From Octopus bimaculoides (Eukaryota), in assembly GCF_001194135.2 (NCBI RefSeq), contig NC_068987.1, positions 10,009,902 to 10,073,901 of the forward strand: 64,000 nt of DNA. Direction: 5' to 3'. Positions 1 to 12,474 of the stretch are shown here, in pieces. Both the position numbers and the translations under genes were made by a program. The notes beneath the pieces were generated by a model. The model was not told where the DNA came from. It was given only the letters and a program-made list of their open reading frames with translations, and made no database searches. Position 1 is the first letter of the stretch; the number at the start of each line of letters is the position of its first letter.

Positions 1-968
1 TATTCTGAACGCTCTGAAATCATCGGAACACTTGAGTTTATCCAGTAAGTTCTCAGGAAGTCCATGAGGTCAATTGCAAGAGATCGCCGTGTGACAGAAG
101 GAACAATCAGAAATGTTGTCCACGAAGACATCAGATATAGGGTTTATATAATGAGGAAAGATCAGTTTGTTCGAAAAAGCGAAAGAAAATCACTACATTA
201 GATCTAAAAGGTTCTTAAACAAACTGAAAAATGCAGTAGAAGAAGATTTGATTTGGTTTTTACCAAACGAGAACAACTTCGACCAAGATCAAAAAGTTAA
301 CAGAAGAAATGACAGAAGGTTATGTGCAAACCCTTCTGAAGGTCCAAGTGTTATGCATACAAACTTTCCTGTAACTGTCATTGTTTTAAGTGTTGTCAGC
401 AATGAAGGACATGTGATGTCTCCTTACTTCTTTCCACCAAGCCTTAGAGTTAACTCTGCAGCCTACATTGAGGTCCTGGAAATAATTGTTAAGCCTTGGA
501 TAGACAATGTATACAATGGAAGGCTAGATGTGTTTCAGTAAGACTCTGTACTATCACACATGGCTCTAGTAACACAGGAATGGATGGCTGAAAATGTTCA
601 TGATCACATAACCCCTAACATTTGGCTTCCTAATTCCCCAGATCTCGATCCATTGGACTATTACATGTGGAGCATTGTTGATAGAGAGGTCAATGAACAC
701 GCCCATAACACCAAGGATTCTTTGAAAGCTGCCATAGTCAGAGTAATGTCCAAAATTAACCAGAAGCACTTGATTCGAACATGTAAATGATTTAGATCTC
801 GTCCAGAAGCAGTTGTTGAAGCTGAAGGTGGCTTTATTGAATAACTTTATAGAAAAGACGGTTTATTTTTATCCTCATAGCATTTCTTGATAAATGAAGT
901 TATCTATTATTATATATGTATTTTTTTTTATAAACGTAAATCTGTTCTCAGATATCTTAAGCAACCTG
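1..968 (+). mobile_element. Decayed Tc1/mariner-superfamily DNA transposon, DD37D (maT) type; 5' part lies outside the window
   Basis: The frame-joined translation reads KSMRSIARD..GTIRNVVHEDIRY..NFDQDQKVNRRNDR..VVSNEGHVM..VKPWID..FQ*DS..SPDLDPLDYY..AVVEAEGGFIE* (stop 842-844). I count 37 residues between the second and third catalytic Asp. It ends in a TIR-like ...CTTAAGCAACCTG followed by TA (969-970). Confidence 0.9.
58..844 (+). pseudogene. maT/DD37D transposase pseudogene
   Basis: Frameshift near 165-170, in-frame TAA at 539-541 and TGA at 788-790. The first catalytic Asp appears as Asn (PNENNF instead of SDEKNF). ORFs 167-541 and 560-790 are pieces of this gene. Confidence 0.88.
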
Positions 969-3193
969 TATATATGATTGGCATATTTGTTGATAACTCA
1001 GATTAGATGTATAAGTATTAAAAATAATAACTATTTCTTTAAAGAGTGTAGTTTCGATGTGCAGATCTCTAGGTTATTGGCTGAACATGCTTTCACTGTG
1101 CCACTCTCGCCAACGAGTAATTCGACAAATGTGTAATGTGTTATTTCTTTCGTTGTCTGTTCTCAATTATATTACTTCTATTATATCATCCATTATGTAT
1201 TATTTATTATTTTGGACATTGTCAAATGTACAAAATATAGTAAATACACAGTATATGTTGCCGCAATGTAAGGTTAATTTATTTATTGAAAAGTGACATT
1301 TCTCTCTGCCGATTGCCGAGAGTCACATTTTACAAACAACATGGACATATCTATGCGCTGCAAATTTTTGTAAAAGTCTCTTCACTTGCCATTTTCAGAT
1401 CTGCTAGAAGCAAATTAATTCTATAAATGTTTCCCGAACGGAGCATAGCAAATGAGTTTGCTATTATAATTTATTATTAAGCTATCATCAGAGTATTCTT
1501 TCAGTGTGTTTGTTCGTGTGTTGGCTATCGATAAAAATCAATGTTTATTTCTTTAAAGATTTGAACGCCTATACATGCATGTGAGGAAAAATGAAAATGA
1601 TACAGTGCAAAAAAAAAAAAATGGAGAAAAAACATAGCATTAAAAATGTGATCCAAATGTACCTTTGCACTTTGTGAATCATTGTATCTTATTTCAAACT
1701 TATTTCTCGCTTCATCATCTTTTCATGGGATTTGTCTTAAGGCCACAAAAATTCCGCTTATTATTAACCATTAAACTTTGCTACATTGAATTCTATATTT
1801 CCGAACGAACAAAGCCAAAGGCTTAAACCATTGTTGTTCTGGCATGGCGTATTCTCAATGCAAGAGTAAATTATTTGTACCTTAATGTTAGCTGCTTGTT
1901 GGAATGGTTAACGCATTTTATTTGCATTATCCTTTTCAACTGAATATGTGTAGTCACCTAAACACTGCTGTTTCCACCTATCCACGTGTAACTAAGTATC
2001 ATGATGATGTAAATTTCACAAATGGAAGAATGAAGAACGCATGAAATAAACTGTATCTTGCGTGTATTTAAATGATAAGATCAGATTTGATCTCTGTTTG
2101 AAATATTCATAGAGAAATCAGAGCTTTGTATTTTCTTCTAAACCATCAGATACCGTTAGGACTTCAATCATGCTACTCCATCTAAAATACGGGTGGCATA
2201 AAATTCATCTAAAATACCTTATTGATTATATCGAATTTTGTACAAATGCTCGCTTCCCAAAACATTATCAGCAAAAATTCATGTCATCATTTCAACCACA
2301 ACTATAATCTTAATAAAATACTAATTAAAATTGCATTAATTACAAAGCATCTCCCTCGATTTTAGTTGAGTAGTTTTACACAAAAATGTATGTCATACAG
2401 ATACATAGGCTCCTATACTCCTTTAAAATTACTTTTTGACATTGCACATACACACTTTTAAGAACTTTATTTTTCTAATTTAGCACTTTTCCCATAAAAA
2501 CAAATATTCCGTACATATGATACAACCTTTAGTTAAATTTCATATGTCTGTCACGCAAATAAACTTGAATATTTTAGAGAAATGCACTTATGCACATGCG
2601 TTAAGTGACAGGTGATATAACAAACTTAGCTCAATAAAAAAAAAGTACACTTTTCACTATCCAATCACCACCATCACCATCATCATCATCATCTATATTA
2701 TATATATATTTTCAAAATGATATTTTTGTCTTGGAATATTTTTCTTATTGTTCATAAAAAGTGACATATTTATTTACTGCGAGACTATTATTGTCATTAT
2801 TATTTCCTCATTTGATCGAATTAACGATAACGAATTGAGACAAGTGTTATATTGCTGTAGTAACCAGGGTGAATAATACATGTAGTTTATTGTCATGCAC
2901 ATAGAAAATAAAAATTTCTCCAGTTTTATTTGGAAGTTAAGAAGCGAGACATGACATACTGTTATTTAAGTCTTACATAATATTCCGAGTGTAACAGTAG
3001 TAAAATCAAATCTAGATTTTTTATCCCGTAATTTAAAAGTTAAGAAAAGTTAAGATTATCAAAATATTTCTCAGTAAATCCATTGTTAATTAATTGCAAC
3101 ATGTCCCTTTAGTCTGTAACTATAAAACAACATTAAATTATGCTTGTATGTATGCGCGCGCATGTGTAAATATATATGTATGCATATATATTA

Positions 3194-3224
<31 letters not shown>

Positions 3225-4464
3225 NNNNNNNNNNNNNNNNNNNNNNNNNNNNNNNNNNNNNNNNNNNNNNNNNNNNNNNNNNNNNNNNNNNNNNNNNNNN
3301 NNNNNNNNNNNNNNNNNNNNNNNNNNNNNNNNNNNNNNNNNNNNNNNNNNNNNNNNNNNNNNNNNNNNNNNNNNNNNNNNNNNNNNNNNNNNNNNNNNNN
3401 NNNNNNNNNNNNNNNNNNNNNNNNNNNNNNNNNNNNNNNNNNNNNNNNNNNNNNNNNNNNNNNNNNNNNNNNNNNNNNNNNNNNNNNNNNNNNNNNNTAT
3501 ATAAAGTCTTAAAAACGGCATGCGTTGAATTTACACTCGTATGTGGTATATTTATGCTTGCGATGTAAAAATAAAAACTGTAATAAATTGATCAAACGTT
3601 GAAAATTTGCAAGCAATCAAATTATAGATGATATTTTAACCACGATATAATTACCTGCAATAAATTTATCAAGCACCCTCTCTTCGCCAAAATCTCAACT
3701 TTTAATCTGCCCATAAAAATGAATCCCCCAATTTATTTACTTTTTTTTTTTTTTTTACCTATTCTCACTTTTACCAATTTGTTGTTCATGATTAGAACAC
3801 CTAATCAGAACACCTTACTATCCTTTAGTTAAAAAGGATTTCATTAAATCAGCATTCTTATCTTTAGTTATTTTCTTAAATTACATGCTAACTTTTTAAT
3901 TATATATCAAGATGTTTTCACAAAAGAACTAAAATTTCAAACATTCAAGCACAGGGTATGCTACTTTTCTTTTTCATTGAAACAACTTCCCCTTCAACTA
4001 AAATTATAATTATTTATTTGAAGGATGTCTTTTTGTTTTAATGTATATATATAAATTCATTTCTACTCGTCTAAAACAATTTGCTTCTTTCTAATCTTTC
4101 GATTTAACACATTCTAAAATTAATTTTAATTTAAGACTAGGGATTAGGGAAAATCAATCCCTCTCTTTGTTTTATGATTTCATATCTTTCCAAGGTTAAC
4201 ATTACTTTCCAGATCGATAAAGTAAAGTGTTGGTCAAAAACTGGAACCGTACAACCGACTGTTTATATCCCGTAAAATTTTAGCCTTATATATATATATA
4301 TTTTTTTTCAGCATTATACTTTTTAAAAATACAGTTACACTTGTTAGACATTAATTTATTCTTCTTTTCCTCAAATCTTGCTCAAAGATTTTTTGCGGCA
4401 AAATACCCAAATTCATCATCGGATCTACAGATATTTGAAATGTAAACCAAATCGCTAAGGTATT

Positions 4465-4650
4465 CTTTTATTCTTTTACTTGTTTCAGTCGTTTTGACTG
4501 TAGCAATGCTGAAGCACTGCATTTAGTCGAACAAATCAACCCCAGGACTTATTCTTTCTAAGCCTAGTACTTATTCTCTCGCTAAGTTTCGGGGACGTAA
4601 ACACACCAACATCGGTTGTCAAGCGATGGTGGTATATACATATATATATA
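4465..4650 (-). mobile_element. SINE family A, 3' half with internal deletion
   Basis: Matches the A-family tail (cttttacttgtttcagtc..gactgc) and the ggggacgtaaacacacc..atcggttgtcaagcg block seen in the full copies. Confidence 0.8.
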
Positions 4651-4651
4651 T

Positions 4652-4851
4652 CAGGGGCGTGAGGTGATCTTTCTGGGTGGGGAAGCAATGACCAAAGCTT
4701 ATGTCACATTGATATTTAAATCAAATTGACATGTTAATATTATACAGCTATTTTTTAAATTTAAAAAAAATCACATTTTATATTAAGGGTGTTCTGTAAT
4801 TTGAAAAAATATAAAATATAAGTTGAATAAACGCAGAAAACTACGCCCGTG
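4652..4851. mobile_element. Possible MITE of about 200 bp
   Basis: Imperfect terminal inverted repeats CAGGGGCGT / ACGCCCGTG around an AT-rich interior. It starts inside a (TA)n tract. No TSD seen. Confidence 0.35.
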
Positions 4852-5134
4852 TTCACTTTTCACGTTTTTTCTAGTGAACGCAGAATGTTAACTTGCTTCA
4901 TTTTTCCTATGTAAGTGTTACATAACAACGTAAGATTATATATATATCATAGATATTGCGAATTGACAGAAACTTAGTCTAAGCCTATAAATATTTGTTA
5001 GCATCTAAAACTATTCGTTATTAGCTCTCACGAGAAAAAAGTTGTCTTTGTGACCCTATTTATAGGAAAAAATGTTAAAATATCACACCGAAAACGATGC
5101 AACAGATCGTGTTGCTTCACTTGCACAGATATAT

Positions 5135-5745
5135 AATACTTAGCGACATTTCTTCTGGTTTTACGTTCTGAGTTCAAATTCCACCTTGGTTGACTTTGCC
5201 TCTCACCTTTTCGAAGTTGATAAAATCAGAACTAGTTCAGTACTGGGGTTGATGTAATCGGGTAACACCCTCACCTCCCACGTCATGAAATTTGAGGCTA
5301 TGTACCTATTATAGAAAGAACCCTAAACCGAAAGAAATGCCGCTAAGTATTTTGTCCGGCGTGATAATAGTCGAGTCATTTTTCCGCTTTCAGTTGATTA
5401 AAGATAATTCAAATGCCAACGAGATCGACTTTGCCTTTCGTCTAATTGGTATCGATAAAATAAATGCCCTGCTCGATAAAATCGATTAGCCTCCTCCTGT
5501 AAAATTTCAGGCATTGTGCCGACAGTAGAAAGGATAATTTTTCAATCAACTGAAAGCAAGGGAGCTGGCTGAATCGTTTGCGCTCCTGACAAAAAGCTTA
5601 GCGGCATTTCCCTTGGTTTTACGTTCTGAGTTCAAATGCCACAGAGATCGATTAGCTTTTCATCCTTCCAGATAAGCATTGATTTCGATGTAATCGACTA
5701 CACTCCCCCAACAAAATTTCAAGCCTTGTGCCTATAATAGAAAAA
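5135..5745 (+). mobile_element. Cluster of 3-4 old, diverged SINE family B copies
   Basis: Repeated acgttctgagttcaaat / gactttgccttt / aaatttcaggccttgtgcc motifs at about 5160, 5410 and 5620. Confidence 0.75.
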
Positions 5746-6044
5746 CACTGGATTCTTTTACATTTCGAACTAAATTTTAGGTCCCTTAATTCTCACTATC
5801 ATTCATTCATTATCTCTGCAATAACTCAACATTCTATTCTTCGCTAAAATTATCGTCTCAAACTTCTTTCAATCACGGTATGGAACCGAAGACTTAAATA
5901 TACAAAGAATGATAAACAACCGAACGTTTTTCACCATAACTTCATTTATAACAATCTATAAAGCCCTGTCTAAATCGATTTAGCTTACCTATCCTATCAT
6001 ATTATGATAGATTATCCAGTTGATATATGACAGCACTCGCTTGA

Positions 6045-6079
<35 letters not shown>

Positions 6080-6479
6080 ATATATATATATATATATACA
6101 TGCGTATGTGTGTGTGTGTGTGTGTGTGTGTGTACGGCTATTGAAACAGCGCATTCATCTTCTTATTGTCTGTCACTTTCCCAATCTTTCTTTAAATATA
6201 CAACGAGACACAGTCTCTCTCCCTCCCTCCCCCCTCCCCCCCAGCTATTTCTTCACGTCACTTAATAATAATTACTTTTGTTCTTTCCGCAATTGTTTCT
6301 ATTTTCCTTTCTCTCTAAAGAAATTTGTTTTGAAATAAAACATTAAGATATTCGGGGAATACCTTATCAGAAAAAATCTCAATTCTTTTATTTATTTATC
6401 TATCTATTTTTTATTGTTTCTTTCATATTACATCTTTGGGAATTGGAACATTACAAATTGAGGTCAGTTACTTAATAAG

Positions 6480-6945
6480 CTTTTATAGCTCTAGAAAATT
6501 ACTTCGTTAAATTGTCAGGAAATTTACAAGAATTTTTTTTTAAAACTTTTAATATTTAATAACGAAATACCCAAATAATTTTCTATTAATTTGTTAATAT
6601 CGAAAGATTTAAATATTCTGTTGGATAATTAATTTTAAGCGGTTTTTTTCTAATATATTTTCCTAATCTTTTTCTATCATTTGTGAGTGTTGTATACCAT
6701 CAAATTTTTTGAGCTTTAAGTAAGCGTATGTCTGTATAGGGTCGAATTCTCTTACCTTAATTACCTGATCTAGAACGTTATGAATATTCTTAATTCATTA
6801 TCCCATCTTCGAGTATACCTGGGTGTATTTGCTAAGACGAGCTTCATGTCAATTTTTGTAGTAAATCCACGTATTGTGTGCAGTAGTGCTTCAGGTTGTT
6901 GTTTTTTTTTTACTTGAGGTCATCCATGTACAAAAGATCGAAGTC
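6480..6945 (-). mobile_element. Decayed non-LTR retrotransposon reverse transcriptase fragment, R4/Dong-like
   Basis: The minus strand reads LLYMDDLK (YMDD at 6919-6930), then with frameshifts EALLHTIRGFT..DMK and REFDPIQTY.YL..DGIQHSQMIEK. This is the motif order downstream of the catalytic YxDD in R4-clade RTs. Confidence 0.7.
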
Positions 6946-7269
6946 TGGTTTGCCTTAAATGGGAAAGATGTCGGGAAATGGAGTCACGTTGATAATAATA
7001 ATAATAATAATAATAATGTTTAAATGGTTCTACGTCCTCCATGTCACGTAACTTTTTCTTAACTACAACTTTAATCATTTATGCTCCCCAGCGCCATTGA
7101 CTGTTCACCGATACATAAAGCTTGTTCTGGAAAAAAACATGAGACACAAAATGTCATCAAATTTAGCCCAAACACCCTGTAAGTAGGTACGAGAGGAACC
7201 GATGCAGCAGCCTTTTAGTGGTCGCTCATGTTAAAAATGCCAGTGAAATCTTCAAATTGCACCTTAATA

Positions 7270-7447
7270 ATTTTTTTCAAAGCCTGAAATTTTGGGAAGA
7301 GGAAGTCGGTTGCATTGACCCCCGTATTTCACTGATATTTATTTTAACGACCTCCAAAGTATGGCATTTCAGCTCAGAATGTAAAGACGGACGAAATGCC
7401 GCTACGGAGTTTGTCCGACTGCTAATTATTCAGCCAGTTCACCGCGC
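7270..7447 (-). mobile_element. SINE family B copy (diverged)
   Basis: Reverse complement of the B head (gcggtgaactggctgaat..ttagca) and of the tail (aaatttcaggctttg). Confidence 0.75.
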
Positions 7448-7684
7448 TGAATTAGACCTTAATTATTGCGAATGTTGTGAGTTGTTCTCAGTATATGGTC
7501 TCTTAATATTTTACAAGCTTTCTTTTTAGCTATGGGTACATAATGAAAGATTATTTTAGAGGTTTGCGAGAGCTTTGTTATCATGATGATCCAAGTTCAA
7601 TCAGCCTTCTGTTTTATTCAATGACATCCTTTGAACATAATAAAATATTTGATACTAGCTGAGGAAATTATTCTGCTATGAATT

Positions 7685-7825
7685 TCCCCGACAATCACTT
7701 CTGACTCTTTCCAGAGGTGTAGCAAGGACTCTAATCCTGATGCCATACATATGACCTTCCAGAAGCAATTCCTTCCATTCAGGGTTTGACCACACTCTCC
7801 AGCAGATCCGCATAGTCCGCCTACC
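7685..7825 (-). mobile_element. Second maT-like transposase fragment (catalytic core piece)
   Basis: The minus strand reads DYADLLESVVKP*MEGIASGRSYVWHQD*SPCYTSGKSQK*LS, homologous to the VVKPW...YVFQQDS segment of the element at 1-968. Confidence 0.7.
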
Positions 7826-8147
7826 CTTAGTTTTATTCAATGACATCCTTTAATCATAATAAAATAATATTCAATAATGATTGAGAAAACTATTCTGGTG
7901 TGATTGCGTCACAAATATCGATTATCGGGTCTCTCAGTAGTAGGTGCATTGCTTTTTGATATGCCGGTGTAATAAACAGGCTTTTAAACGAAAAAAAAAA
8001 AACACACTTCGATTGCTATCCTCCTCGAAGTCTTTTTATGTTATTTTATGACTGTTGGCGAGTCCACGCTGATTCTTGCACACTCAAAATGCTGCGGCAG
8101 CAAAACTGCCGGAAGTCAAATAATACGTCAAATTATATGTACGTCTA

Positions 8148-8417
8148 ATAAGGCGGGAAGCTAGCAGAGACGAAGACCAGCAATCGCCCATGCGTACTAA
8201 CCTCCCCTCTCCATGCCATTGATGTTATCCAAGGGAAAGGCAAAGGCCGATACACCTTGGCACCAGTAATGTCACAACTCATTTCTACAGCTGAGTGAAC
8301 TGGAGCAACATGAAATAAAGTGTCTTGCTCAAGAACACAACACGCAGCCTGGTCCGGGAGTCGCACTCACAACTTCACTATCGTAAGCTCGACGCTCTAA
8401 CCACTGAGCCATACGCC

Positions 8418-8422
<5 letters not shown>
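8148..8422 (-). mobile_element. tRNA-derived SINE, C/D-type head and middle with a distinct 3' tail
   Basis: The minus strand has an A box (TGGCTCAGTGG) and a B-box-like GTGCGACTCCC, then ttgagcaagacactttatttc..ccagttcactcagctg shared with the copies at 32266 and 36511. Confidence 0.8.

Positions 8423-8498
<76 letters not shown>
8421..8498 (+). repeat. (CA)n microsatellite
   Basis: Direct reading, about 39 units. Confidence 0.95.
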
Positions 8499-8501
<3 letters not shown>

Positions 8502-8524
8502 TATATATGCATGTGTATATGTAT

Positions 8525-8687
8525 GTACGCCGGGCTTCCACACAATTTGCCTTTACCAAATTCACTCAGAAGGCATTGATCAAGGTAGTAGCAGAAAACA
8601 CTTGCTCAAAATGCTGCACACTAGGATTAAACATGAAACCACTAAACTGCAAAGCAAGCTTCTTAACCATACTGCCATGGCTGCACC
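8525..8687 (-). mobile_element. Old SINE family A, 5' half
   Basis: Diverged match to the A head (ccaaattcactc..aaggcattg..gcaagcttcttaacca). Confidence 0.65.
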
Positions 8688-9072
8688 GACATGAATGCTA
8701 AATCAAATACAAACATTACGTAATTTATTCTCTAGAAAGAACACCTCACTAAAGATGTTTATATCTAACGATCGAAAATTCAAACTCTAGTGATATCACA
8801 CCGACAGTCTTAGCTGTAAACAAGCAGCTACACAAACCAACTTTGCTTCATGTAAAATATATGACTAGGAAAATCTAAAGACGTCGATGATGAATGTGCG
8901 AAATTATTGTTAGAAACCGACAGCAAAGAACTCGTCAGAAAAGATTAAATAAAACATGAAATATAAGGAAAACACTGACAATACAAGTGCGTACACGCAT
9001 ATGACCACACACACTCATACAAACGCACACTCGCTCACACATACGCATATATTGAAAACATATAAAAAAAAC

Positions 9073-9120
<48 letters not shown>

Positions 9121-9502
9121 TAGATATTAAGAATGGTTTATACCTGGTAGCTTACTGGTAAAACACGGTCATTTTCAGTGTTCGTTATGTATCTGGTTAA
9201 TGTGAAACGGAAGATGGAAGATACAAGAGTTTTATTAGTCACCATAAATACTACGACACATCTAGCATCGATGCCTCACGAGTGGGGTTTTTAACAATTG
9301 GTCCAGGAGCATCCGACGGTTCAGATGCGTCTCTTCGGGTGTTAAATAGATATAACTTGTTAAAATAACAATTCCGCGATATATCTTCTCAGTTTCTGTG
9401 AAGAAAAGCTGCAAATTAAAGGATATAGCTTTATTAATATAGAAAATCAATAATAAAATAACAGATACAACAAGGAAACCAACGCGCAATACAACGAAAA
9501 AA

Positions 9503-10375
9503 GTTTTTTTCTTCAAAGCTTGGTTCAAACGCTCTAATTGCTGACAGTAGACTTGAGCATTGATTGTTGCATTAGGTGGTAACAGTTCAAAGTGAATTAC
9601 TCCTTTGCAATCCCACCAGATAGAGAGACGTACCTCTTTCCCATGAAGTTCCCTTCTCGGTTGTGATTGAGCTTTTTCCTTTTTACCAAGCCACCGTTTA
9701 CGACTTTTAACATTTCGATAGAAGATCCATTTTTCGTCACCAGTCACAAATCTATGCAAAAAGGGTGAAATGATTTCGCGAGAATGGAGAGAAGAGCAGA
9801 TGTGAACTCGAGATTTGCGGTTACTTTCGGACAATTCATGAGGCACCCATTTTCCATGTTTAGGAACCTTTCCAAGTTGTTGAAGATCACTATGAACAGT
9901 TGTATGGTTTGAACTAAGCTTTATTGCCAATTGTTCAACTGATAATGCAGGATTTTCTTCAAGTAATGCCTCAAGGAGCTTATCATCAAACTCAACTGGA
10001 TGTCCTGTTCGATCTTCATCTTCAAGGCTGAAATCTCCACTTCTGAATTTTGCAAACCATCTTCTGCAAGTTCTTTCATTCAAGCATTCTTTCCCATAAA
10101 CTGAGTGTATGTTTCGAGTCGCTCGGCTGCACTTTCCTTTTTTTGTACTCGTAAAGCAGTATGTAGCTCAAATGCTCTTTGGATACTTTCATGTTAGAAA
10201 GGGTTTTAATCAAAGAAATTTTAATTCTATTATTCTGTAAAATAATATTTATTAGTTTAAATGTACACAAATTCATATAAATAATTTTTAATTCCGTTAG
10301 AGATTCTAAAATACTATTAAATTTAATTCAATTTTAAAAAAGGTAAAATCGGACAGAACTTATAGGATGACCTGA
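9503..10375 (-). mobile_element. 3'-truncated mariner (DD34D-family) transposon
   Basis: 5' TIR TCAGGTCATCCTATAAGTTCTGTCCG with TA at 10376-10377 and ATG at 10192. After one frameshift near 10135 the protein reads ..NERTCRRWFAKFRSGDFSLEDEDR..KWVPHELSE..VTGDEKWIFY..SIWWDCKGVIHFELLP..YCQQLERL. It breaks off at ALKKK (about 9503), before the HDNA and YSPDL motifs. Confidence 0.92.
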
Positions 10376-11236
10376 TATATAGGTATGCATATATGGGTAC
10401 AGGACATCACAAAACGTAAACAACATGAAATACGAAAATAACGTTGGGTACGCAAAGAACGAGAGAAACAAACGGTAAACAAGGCAAGTAACATAAAAAA
10501 CGACCCTTCATCAGTTGTCGGCAGTCCTTCTGATACTTATTTCGAGCAATGAACGACAAGATTTGTGGAGGGTCAAAGTTGGTAACAGAAACAGGACATA
10601 CAGCAAACGAAACGAATACAGACAGAGTCGTTAGGTCACACGAAAGTAAGGTAGCGAACGCTGGGAGAAAATTCTTTCATAAGAGAAATGAGAGGAGACA
10701 GATAGATATATATGTACGCAGAGAGAGAAAGAGAAAGAGAGAGAGAGAAAGAGAAAGAGCAAGAGAGAGAGAGAAAGATGGGAGAGAGAGAGAAAGACAG
10801 GAGGGTAAGAGAGGTGTAACTACAATTTGATGCCTCAGCATTTATTTCTAAATTTCATACCTTTTGATGAAACTCTGTGGTGATAGAGTTTCGAAGAAGC
10901 AAATTGGGATTATAGCGAGAAAATTGAGAAAATATTAACATATAAATATTTATTGCAAATATAGAAATGGGAAATGTATCATTTAATAACATTTAAAGAA
11001 AGAAGTACTTTTCATCTGAAAATTAGTATTCCTTCCATAATTTCGTATCAGCACCAAGTAATTTGATAACAGTTAAACTATAATCACTTCATGCATGCAT
11101 GACTTAATTCCTGGTATTACCTATGGGGACATAAGTATGCTTTCTAATTTACCTGCCATATAACGGGTAACTCAGTATATATATATATATTTATATATGA
11201 ATATATATATATATATACATAAATATAGATATATAC

Positions 11237-11281
<45 letters not shown>

Positions 11282-12202
11282 NNNNNNNNNNNNNNNNNNN
11301 NNNNNNNNNNNNNNNNNNNNNNNNNNNNNNNNNNNNNNNNNNNNNNNNNNNNNNNNNNNNNNNNNNNNNNNNNNNNNNNNNNNNNNNNNNNNNNNNNNNN
11401 NNNNNNNNNNNNNNNNNNNNNNNNNNNNNNNNNNNNNNNNNNNNNNNNNNNNNNNNNNNNNNNNNNNNNNNNNNNNNNNNNNNNNNNNNNNNNNNNNNNN
11501 NNNNNNNNNNNNNNNNNNNNNNNNNNNNNNNNNNNNNNNNNNNNNNNNNNNNNNNNNNNNNNNNNNNNNNNNNNNNNNNNNNNNNNNNNNNNNNNNNNNN
11601 NNNNNNNNNNNNNNNNNNNNNNNNNNNNNNNNNNNNNNNNNNNNNNNNNNNNNNNNNNNNNNNNNNNNNNNNNNNNNNNNNNNNNNNNNNNNNNNNNNNN
11701 NNNNNNNNNNNNNNNNNNNNNNNNNNNNNNNNNNNNNNNNNNNNNNNNNNNNNNNNNNNNNNNNNNNNNNNNNNNNNNNNNNNNNNNNNNNNNNNNNNNN
11801 NNNNNNNNNNNNNNNNNNNNNNNNNNNNNNNNNNNNNNNNNNNNNNNNNNNNNNNNNNNNNNNNNNNNNNNNNNNNNNNNNNNNNNNNNNNNNNNNNNNN
11901 NNNNNNNNNNNNNNNNNNNNNNNNNNNNNNNNNNNNNNNNNNNNNNNNNNNNNNNNNNNNNNNNNNNNNNNNNNNNNNNNNNNNNNNNNNNNNNNNNNNN
12001 NNNNNNNNNNNNNNNNNNNNNNNNNNNNNNNNNNNNNNNNNNNNNNNNNNNNNNNNNNNNNNNNNNNNNNNNNNNNNNNNNNNNNNNNNNNNNNNNNNNN
12101 NNNNNNNNNNNNNNNNNNNNNNNATATATATTTATATATATAACGTTTGGATGGATGGATGTACGTATGTGTGTGTGTGCATGTGTGTGTGTGTCGATGA
12201 AG

Positions 12203-12210
12203 GTGATATA

Positions 12211-12245
<35 letters not shown>

Positions 12246-12312
12246 CAGCGAGGATGAGGTCGATGACGACGACATGATGACGATGATGATGATGATGATT
12301 ACGATGTTGATG
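12203..12312 (+). repeat. (GAT)n / (GAC)n trinucleotide tract
   Basis: Direct reading. Confidence 0.9.
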
Positions 12313-12474
12313 TGAATCCGCCACTATCCCCCAACCCAACAATCCTCACGCTCCTGGCTTCAACCACATCAGAATCATATTGAAATGTTACATCAACCAA
12401 CCGATGCTCAGTAATATAGTTAACTATACATACATGCATACATACATACATACATACATACATACATACATACA

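Noticed and set aside
10490-10560. Minus-strand GCTCGAAA ... CTGATGAAGGG, suggesting a permuted (type II) hammerhead
   Set aside because: Stem I cannot be closed next to the core and stem III would be only 2 bp. The segment 10380-10700 may still be Penelope-derived, but I cannot support a ribozyme.
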